Shown here: positions 59,501 through 64,000 of the stretch, one piece after another | Numbering within the stretch: the first letter of the stretch is position 1 | How the letters are laid out: each line of letters starts with the position of its first letter | DNA from: a virus | Direction: 5' to 3' (one strand) | DNA length: 64,000 bases | IMG/VR virus record: IMGVR_UViG_3300024264_002047 | Notes under the pieces: model-generated | The model's database searches: none | What the model saw: the letters and a program-made list of their open reading frames with translations, nothing else | What the model was told of the DNA's origin: nothing | Translations under genes and position numbers: made by a program

Positions 59501-61822
59501 GAAACAAAATGTCGAAGAGATACAGGTTATATCATCGATGCAATTTCTCACGATATTCAATATGGTGGTAATGCGGCAACAGTTCAAACTGCAGGAATGT
59601 ATTTTGAGAATGCTGTAAATACTGGATTACAAATTGAACAAAGAATGGGTACAAGAGATGCATTCTTACACCTTGCCAAAATCGTTGAACATGTTGTAGG
59701 TGGTAAGTCAATCACAACTACAATGTTCCCAAGAACAGGAAAATATTACACTGGTGACATCGTAACTAAATACGAATACTGGAACGGTATTCCTTCTTAT
59801 AGTAATACTGCTCAGGATATGGCAACTGTTGGTGCAAATCCAGATACTTGTATTGCTGCTCGTAAGTTAACTGAAATTATTGCTAACGCGGTTGATGATA
59901 ATATTGAAACAAGAAACACAATACCTGAAAGAATTGATGTATTACAAACATGGATGGCAGATTCGTTTGTAACTTCTAAGGAAGCAGTTGAAAGAAGATC
60001 TGATATCTTTGCAGAAGCTGTTATTACATACTTATCAAAAGAATGGAACGCGTTAAGTTTCCCTGATGCAAAATGCAGAAGAGATATTGGTTATATCATC
60101 GATGCAATTTCTCACGATATACAACATGATACTAATTTTGCTACATTACAATCTGCAGGTATTTACTTCGAGAATGGAGTTTCTGTACTTCCGGTTGATA
60201 CTCAAAATCAATATGCTGATATATTACAATTATTAGGTGATGCAGTTGAGCAGGTAGTTCAAGAAATACCAGTAACTAACGCAAGTAATTATACATTAAC
60301 TCCGCAGAATACATTAGGTACGGCTGCAACTGCAACTGAAGGTACTCAGGTACATGCATTGGTTGGAATCATTGAACAATCAATTCGTGATAATGATACA
60401 GATGCAATACCAAGACCAACATCTACTGCAGGTTGGGTTGATGCAGAATTAACAGCAGCTGCAAGTAAGATTGTTGATAATACAGAAGAACTTGCTGCCG
60501 ATGTAACTGAGTTTATTAATAGTAACTTCAAGGTACTTGATTATAGTAAAGCAAAATGTAGAAGAGATACAGGATACTTGCTTGATGCATTCAGCTTCGA
60601 CTTGAACTTTGGTGGTAACAGTGCTTCAAGATGGAATGCTGATTTCTACTTCTGGAATCAAGTTTACAGATTGCCTGAAGATCAAAGAACGCCTACTGCC
60701 AAGTCATATCGTCAGTTAGGTAAAATTTGTAAGGATATCGTAATCGGTGAATACCCAGGTCAATCAATACTTGGAGAACTAGGTACGGAAGTTGAAAGTA
60801 AGAAGGTTGAAGGATTAGCAAATATCTTCTATGAAACTCAATTGTATAATGATACTAAGTACTTGCCTGTATTACTTGAAGCTGATTACACGTATAGTAA
60901 TTCAATCTTTACAGATGCTCAATCAATTATCGGTCAAAGAAGAAAGCAATTACAGAAAGATACTGTAAGACACGTTAACTCTGCTTACAACTTCATTGAT
61001 ATTAACTTGGCAAGAAGAGATGCTAGGAACTTATTAACAGCGGTTGTTAATGACTTTGCTTACGATAAGTTTAATCCTGATGTCCCACAACCAACATACA
61101 GTGACAACGGTTCACAGAATGCCGTAAGAACATATACTGCTTCGTTCTTTAACTATGACGGAACTCATGTATTCCCAGTATTCAATCCTTCCGATTCAAC
61201 ATTAGGATTAAAATATAAAGGATCTGTTAGTTCTTTCGCAGATCTAAGTACTATTACTGGAATGAAACCAAAATGGTCTTACATTGTTGCTACTGATTAT
61301 ACAACTAACTTCTATGCCGGCGATATATATTATTGGAATGGTAGTGCTTGGACCGCAGCTGGTCAAAACAATACTGATCTGCTTGATGCCTTTGCTGGTG
61401 CATGGACAAGAATGAAAACTTACATCAACACTAACTTAGCTCCAGATGCTGAACATCAGAACATGATTACAGGTCTATTTGATGATTGTCTTACTGACAA
61501 TATATTGAGACCTGAAACATTGATCTTCGGATCATTGGTTGAATCCATTGCTCACCAGTTCAACGGTGCATCTGCAGGTGTTAACAGAAACGCATTACCA
61601 CTTAACTTTAGAAACTTAGGTGCTGCTATATCAGCAATCGCTTCTGTACTAAATGAGAATGGCGGTCGTATTCGTTGGTCAGGTGCTGATGAATTGAATA
61701 ACCAGTACTTCGCAAGAGGTATAAGAATTAACGGTAGAACAGGTCGTATTGAAGGCCGACCATTTACCTCATCGGTTCGTAAGTTAGCAAGACGTGCTTC
61801 GAACTCGAGAGCGGTAGTTTAA
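50579..61822 (+). CDS. Giant (3747 aa) multi-repeat probable virion protein
   Basis: MAKISEL start, N/S/T/D beta-solenoid, GDD.N.GT...P.KT motif, 11 CxRD helical repeats, 9 His/Cys beta repeats. Confidence 0.85.
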   Translation: MAKISELPPITGGNTRSEDLFVIVNLVQGDDGTSNITRKELVEAIQYEIFSRIKITGGTISGVVMSDSRLNNVEIDNSEIEDTIFRRGSIDDTVITNSDANNIVMTYSTFNLGHLENNTANNITITYSDFSEGTGNNNTFDNTTLFTGTANNFSIFNSTVNNSIITNSEFNDGTGNNVTLTNSTIDDSTITDSTANNLTIGFSSFADGTLSNSTANNLVINASTFNDGDINNSDISGGTADAVDITNSTYTDGTVVNADISASDFTTGTITDSTANNVVITSSEFNDGTGNNVTLTNSTIDRSLISGSEIVDSEFTGTMENVVSTNMTIRSSTADGLGANNSTFENGGIEQSTFTGGVIDRSRLADFDMDLTKEFEAPMDEESYFAIRNEKTGDTEQISYKQLFDEVSKSTAQALKVHADAASGDDSNLGTMLAPVKTLERAFELCLEKAGGELNRNAINNAVHISVGPGTYYTKGNLMLPDDCSCTSTAGQYATVIELLPGYENNNGILVGSGGYVQGFGYQNFKVDNFDFPEGGFAIAYRPGAKLLRSPYLRDSTQLSNFLRQDVEPPLNPYNSKGTLADLGQTFVLETNITGNSSTPADSLWKLDDEIQFSSGGVGYLSWDDSLDALQGTVPGDVANLRTIRVRNLKNGQGFAVGDTITSESGGTGKIQSIGIDDFPNRAVGRGGGCVLADRRVLDTDSLYTYVLCFGFTPRTQNGLGYVARDGAGVNGIGSLSIFVRCAFYALNGGQMTLNNSGTQFGDISMRAKGTTQFFAPKSTTQTIVGNTEFAQSIDYSADLVIDDMVDYLTSNTANGGLGYQEYDSEKCLRDSGIVLDGTGYDIALDTNYWGRLGGITYRSPISYVVPGEQLEETKGALEYLRDQTKQVFITGNSEINQRIETSFSELLNVLEYGEENINPIIWRDTSTPRTASRRLLQDNKELITGELIDWIENNDEFYAYDSKACRRDVSDYILPAVKNDMLFDTNYNSVTAGRAYYMMAAKTVMENQNNETVAAYERLKDQTNKLIDGDSYVASDRLDDSYDNILQILENKGTKFNPTTATYDPATGLSVITLGGSKGLTVQTATYDPATGILEATVGLKHEVKTGDHIWMKPESIIFSCNMGSGVQNHASPAAHHPYYNKPCPVIGVSATTVRLNVGTGGTGQVPHTFVSATPNAFTKGHGLSEGSYVLLKTGGLVFSCTRDNHRTRTGYPRAGDPAAGVPVEVLGANASKITIDVGKSAIVDEHKFVSALPNAVSTLGDNITWSNNSSIPAAKRDARKQLQANRTFLQDMIEGYVEDTYYRYDSNKCRRDVTQYILPAVERDILTGSNYNAIQTGIAYRAGTTLADNVINNQLPQTLGSMDTLKSRLNNTTVGFTPSDASYNPASGIMVATIGAGHGLVTGDHIRFAFEGIVHSCDAGSGVANHPSPQAHHPYYNKPCPIIAHDDTTITMQVGKSTNYPHTFVSAVTNAIMPADAVGAQFTPTTASYDPTTGRFEATVGKHTLQPGDYVQFSDGGIVFSCDTGSGVQNDAVPAAGHPYFNHPCPVHSVTTNTIVCMVGTGGSNVHTFVSAADNSITEIIGLSDSASIHRSDEAIDKVKQILNSGNKIYTPSNATYNPVTGLTEITVGAHDLQIGDEVLLAPDSLTFTCATDGNATQHTYPTTTIASFTPTTASYVPSTGEFTANIGPHKLTIGDEIEFATRGITFTCELDGNLTTHSAPEPHHPFYKKPVKITSVDGDTIGCNVGAVANGGGVHTFVSAITNAIKGERQHPAYKKPVVVAQTSATSFTVNVGPSSDVSVHTFVSATANSVKTAKYISTHTPYNATYDASTGEFVAFIGKHAFEAGDMIMLKPNSVIMTCDLDGGVTEHAAPAAHHPAYRTPVELLSVTADSITMNIGTGTGGVHTFVRADVGAIDSDALVFTDPASYVKHYTPTTATYNAVSGASVITIPGHDLTTEDYVEFTPYSFTFTCAQDGNATEHSYPRKGDFNYRTPMQVIGVSGNDVTVQLIASSGGAHTFVSVAKECVSKVTYNSQGQYAREQLQQNKEYLAKDVSAYLDTQFFTFDGEKCTRDSGFILDAVRRDIATDGNWNSQFMGLGYVTGSAGANKVINDQLTETLASVAFLKAKVAADPNVTGTALTRANQSFDEITTIMGGGSASATRWGAVAALSDGHNNAGNQILLNKAFIQAEVAAYIAQEFPTLTYDNAACQRDTGYLVDSIIQDVKFGGNTCSVNFARLYFENAVSVLPADQVEPTYKTWEHIAEVVWQIIRDITVTVTTGNAVSQDESGSDYGFEIANLGRDRVNIITKVISENTLDFLPKYIEPNYELDMVDAAQAIDGQSENLSLAVIDMLRDDHNGLPFKSAVCERDIGIMVDALSRDIEYGGNENLLEVFDYYFRKFDSQSADYEQQRSTNVLPIEVKGQFRTLSNYEDTANVSGLREAINVLPYEQRLPTQLAFRRLAGQVGPIVAGVQQAQTNPKFTATDASYDPATGIFVATIPAGHLLDTGSVVYLKPNGFTFSCDMGQGGGVTNHAAPQPHHPFYNKGVKVISSTATTITLNVGDGGSGQQPHTFVSALADSISTGPYHLTDGTAASLAKSGEAAQLIYAIADLIDNTNIEAAEMPTLVKASFDPNRTLARKQLQRNRDFIIDELQGYLHDRYYVFDGDKCKRDVNMLIDAVKTDILTGSNHNAVLNGTAYRINTVGTNKVINEQLTETVKGIEFARDKAIEAVTDGSMKIKTAEAFNEIIDIMVNGRAAADAIVYGTAGPGPSRLNGRSQLLNNRTFLIAEMTAWLAANRPSLSYDVAKCERDTGYALDAIAHDIQFGGNFATLNFTKLYFENGVNVGLPLDQVEPSAAAFAHLGDCAKLIVQDTDIGGLKSAGNTETQNVLGANAGVLVGGIAESLFDITSTAVSSGTMLMAPSQVFPDPASFGTVNQTAYAEIEAIKDSVGTGLLAYLSEFFQVLPYSETKCRRDTGYIIDAISHDIQYGGNAATVQTAGMYFENAVNTGLQIEQRMGTRDAFLHLAKIVEHVVGGKSITTTMFPRTGKYYTGDIVTKYEYWNGIPSYSNTAQDMATVGANPDTCIAARKLTEIIANAVDDNIETRNTIPERIDVLQTWMADSFVTSKEAVERRSDIFAEAVITYLSKEWNALSFPDAKCRRDIGYIIDAISHDIQHDTNFATLQSAGIYFENGVSVLPVDTQNQYADILQLLGDAVEQVVQEIPVTNASNYTLTPQNTLGTAATATEGTQVHALVGIIEQSIRDNDTDAIPRPTSTAGWVDAELTAAASKIVDNTEELAADVTEFINSNFKVLDYSKAKCRRDTGYLLDAFSFDLNFGGNSASRWNADFYFWNQVYRLPEDQRTPTAKSYRQLGKICKDIVIGEYPGQSILGELGTEVESKKVEGLANIFYETQLYNDTKYLPVLLEADYTYSNSIFTDAQSIIGQRRKQLQKDTVRHVNSAYNFIDINLARRDARNLLTAVVNDFAYDKFNPDVPQPTYSDNGSQNAVRTYTASFFNYDGTHVFPVFNPSDSTLGLKYKGSVSSFADLSTITGMKPKWSYIVATDYTTNFYAGDIYYWNGSAWTAAGQNNTDLLDAFAGAWTRMKTYINTNLAPDAEHQNMITGLFDDCLTDNILRPETLIFGSLVESIAHQFNGASAGVNRNALPLNFRNLGAAISAIASVLNENGGRIRWSGADELNNQYFARGIRINGRTGRIEGRPFTSSVRKLARRASNSRAVV
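51086..51465 (+). repeat. Near-identical 35-bp direct repeat within solenoid-coding region
   Basis: TTTAATGATGGTACAGGAAA(T/C)AATGTAACATTAAC at 51086 and 51431. Confidence 0.8.
59525..60120 (+). repeat. Identical 32-bp direct repeat in CxRD repeats 9 and 10
   Basis: GGTTATATCATCGATGCAATTTCTCACGATAT at about 59525 and 60089. Confidence 0.75.
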
Positions 61823-61846
61823 AAAATATAAAAAGGAATAAGAGAG

Positions 61847-62272
61847 ATGGCAGTTACAACAATTACAACGAGTCAGGCACCTGACGCAAAACCAGTTGCG
61901 ATTAATAAGATCGTATCGACCAACTGGCAAATAATTGCAGATGTACCTCAATATAAAGTTCCTGAGTTAGTCTTTGGTGGTTCTGAAACAGTTGAGCCTG
62001 GTGTTGGTGAAATTATCTCACCTCTTGTATTGTGTAATATTACAGCAAGCACCGTCTTAATTGATTTAAGATTCCACAGAGAAGATGTTAACGCAGAGTT
62101 TTATGTATTGAGAAACATGCCTGTACCCGCATACGAAACAATACCTATCCCATTGAATGGTCAGTTTTTGAAAAGTGGAGATTTATTAGAGATCATAGCA
62201 GATACCGATTTAGCAGTTCATGCTACACTATCATTCACTCAGGGTCAATCTGAAGAAGATGATGTTGTATAA
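61847..62272 (+). CDS. Hypothetical structural-region protein
   Basis: 141-aa beta-rich ORF, CN...L..GD.L pattern. Confidence 0.7.
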   Translation: MAVTTITTSQAPDAKPVAINKIVSTNWQIIADVPQYKVPELVFGGSETVEPGVGEIISPLVLCNITASTVLIDLRFHREDVNAEFYVLRNMPVPAYETIPIPLNGQFLKSGDLLEIIADTDLAVHATLSFTQGQSEEDDVV

Positions 62273-62323
62273 ACTTAATAAATATATTATTAATAAGGTT
62301 TGAACTTTAAGGAAACAAAATAA

Positions 62324-64000
62324 ATGGCCAGTAGATTTGGAACATTAACAGGAAAGAATCAGATTATCGGACACGGTGTTCCGCAAGCTTTTCCTGTCAC
62401 TTTAGATCCATCACCGTTTGAAGGTGCTGTCATCTATGCCGATAACGGAGAGTTAAGATACTCCGACGGAACCGCGTGGTTACCGTTAGGCACAGGTCCT
62501 CAGGGAACGACAGGCGATCAGGGTATTCAAGGCAATCAAGGTGTCCAAGGTGACTACGGTCCTGGCTTCTCTATCATTGGTTCAGTATCTGATGTTGATA
62601 CCGGCGGTGATCCTCAAGCAACTTTAAACGCAGCATTTACCTCGCCTAATATTGGTGAAGGTGTTATTGATGAAGCTGACGATGAGTTGTGGATTTGGGA
62701 TGGAACCAATTGGGTTAATATTGGTGGCTTCCGTGGTGAACAAGGTCTACAAGGTATTCAGGGTACGCAAGGTGCTCAAGGTCAATTAGGTTACGAAGGT
62801 ATTCAAGGCCATAGAGGATTCCGTGGTAATCAAGGTGTACAAGGTACTCAAGGTTTCCAGGGTATTCAAGGTGACTTAGGTTTCCAAGGAACACAAGGAT
62901 CAATTGGACCACAAGGTACGCAAGGCTTTACAGGTATTCAAGGTAATCAAGGTCTTATCGGTTACCAAGGTATTCAAGGAGTACAAGGTACACAAGGATT
63001 TATAGGAGTTCAAGGTTATTATGGATTCCAAGGATATTCAGGTACCTATGGTGGTGTATCGTTTGAATTTGATTTATCACTATCAACAATTGCTCAAGAT
63101 CCTACTGCTGGTAAGTTCGCAATTAATAATGGCGATCCATCACTAGCAACTGCGATGTTTATTGATGATGAAGCAAAATCAAGTCAAGATGTCTCTGCTT
63201 TATTAAATAGTATTGATACAGTTCCTGGCCCAGTTAAAGGTTATATTCAACTTACAAGAATTAGCAATAACCAAGAATCTATTACGTTTGAAATTATTGA
63301 TGTAACTGATAACGCAGGTTGGTTAACATTACAAATTAATCACGTTCAAAATACAGCAGGTGTATTAACTAATGTTGCTTCTGATCCTGCATTTATTATG
63401 TCCTTTGGAAGAGTTGGTTCTCAAGGTACACAAGGTACTCAAGGATTAATAGGTAGTCAAGGTACTCAGGGATTTGTAGGTCAGCAAGGTATTCAAGGAG
63501 ATCAAGGTACTCAAGGTACAGACGGTTTCCAAGGTTCGCAAGGACTACAAGGTATTCAAGGTTCTCAAGGATTACAAGGGGATCAAGGTACACAGGGCGT
63601 TCAAGGCTCGCAAGGTTTACAAGGTTCTACTGGTGACTTCGGTGGAATTACTTACGATTACGATTACGATAATAATACAACAGATGCAGATCCTGGCACA
63701 GGAAAGGTAAGGTTCAGTAATACTAACTTTAGTTCTGCAAGTCTGAAATTATGGATTGACGATGAAGATAACGGTGGTAATAATGTCATGGACGGCATTG
63801 CTGCTGAACTTGATGCAATCGTTGGAAGTCCTAAAGGTTATATCAGAGTTATTGATGCAACCGATATTTACAATCAAGTATTATTTAAAGTTGACATTGT
63901 AACTGATAAGACAGGTTATTGGGAACTTGATGTTGTAAGAGTTAATGGTGTTACTAACTTTACAGACGGAACGGATATCAGAGTTACCTTTTCAAGAAAC
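62324..64000 (+). CDS. Collagen-like (Gly-X-Gln) fibre protein, 3'-truncated (absent from ORF track)
   Basis: ATG 62324 after AAGGA; MASRFGTLTGKNQ...; long GxQ tracts separated by globular modules. Confidence 0.85.
   Translation, partial: MASRFGTLTGKNQIIGHGVPQAFPVTLDPSPFEGAVIYADNGELRYSDGTAWLPLGTGPQGTTGDQGIQGNQGVQGDYGPGFSIIGSVSDVDTGGDPQATLNAAFTSPNIGEGVIDEADDELWIWDGTNWVNIGGFRGEQGLQGIQGTQGAQGQLGYEGIQGHRGFRGNQGVQGTQGFQGIQGDLGFQGTQGSIGPQGTQGFTGIQGNQGLIGYQGIQGVQGTQGFIGVQGYYGFQGYSGTYGGVSFEFDLSLSTIAQDPTAGKFAINNGDPSLATAMFIDDEAKSSQDVSALLNSIDTVPGPVKGYIQLTRISNNQESITFEIIDVTDNAGWLTLQINHVQNTAGVLTNVASDPAFIMSFGRVGSQGTQGTQGLIGSQGTQGFVGQQGIQGDQGTQGTDGFQGSQGLQGIQGSQGLQGDQGTQGVQGSQGLQGSTGDFGGITYDYDYDNNTTDADPGTGKVRFSNTNFSSASLKLWIDDEDNGGNNVMDGIAAELDAIVGSPKGYIRVIDATDIYNQVLFKVDIVTDKTGYWELDVVRVNGVTNFTDGTDIRVTFSRN

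Noticed and set aside
59525-60120. DGR template/variable repeat or CRISPR-like repeat
   Set aside because: Only two short in-frame copies coding the same peptide; no adenine-specific mismatches, spacers, reverse transcriptase or cas gene
62715-63593. Minus-strand ORFs with LEYL repeats
   Set aside because: Antisense reading of the Gly-X-Gln collagen gene

Overview
A 64 kb, AT-rich, gene-dense piece of a large T4-like myovirus genome. It most resembles marine T4-like phages; no photosynthesis genes are present in this window, so the host is unresolved. 1-20.8 kb (+): replication and nucleotide metabolism (gp47, gp46, gp43, gp45/44/62, regA, dexA, dUTPase, dCMP deaminase) behind eight perfect TTGACA-N17-TATAAT promoters. 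This part includes an apparent DNA-hypermodification cluster (T4 gp42-like dCMP hydroxymethylase, HAD/kinase fusion, cytidylyltransferase, three glycosyltransferase-like genes, atypical C5-methyltransferase), a tRNA-Thr, hsp20 and a peroxiredoxin. 20.8-25.5 kb (-): gp4, gp2, tail-tube-like gene, gp26, gp51 and a tape-measure-like gene. 25.6-64 kb (+): baseplate and fibre genes under TATAAATA-type late promoters. Most striking observations: (1) a 3747-aa probable virion protein with 11 helical repeats resembling the bilin-binding core of phycobiliproteins (CxRD); (2) the modification cluster, two of whose enzymes end in the same clamp-binding-like peptide as the polymerase; (3) a T-TTT-TTT slippery site that would fuse gp26 to gp51, like lambda G/GT tail chaperones. 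All calls come from motif recognition by eye; no searches were run.
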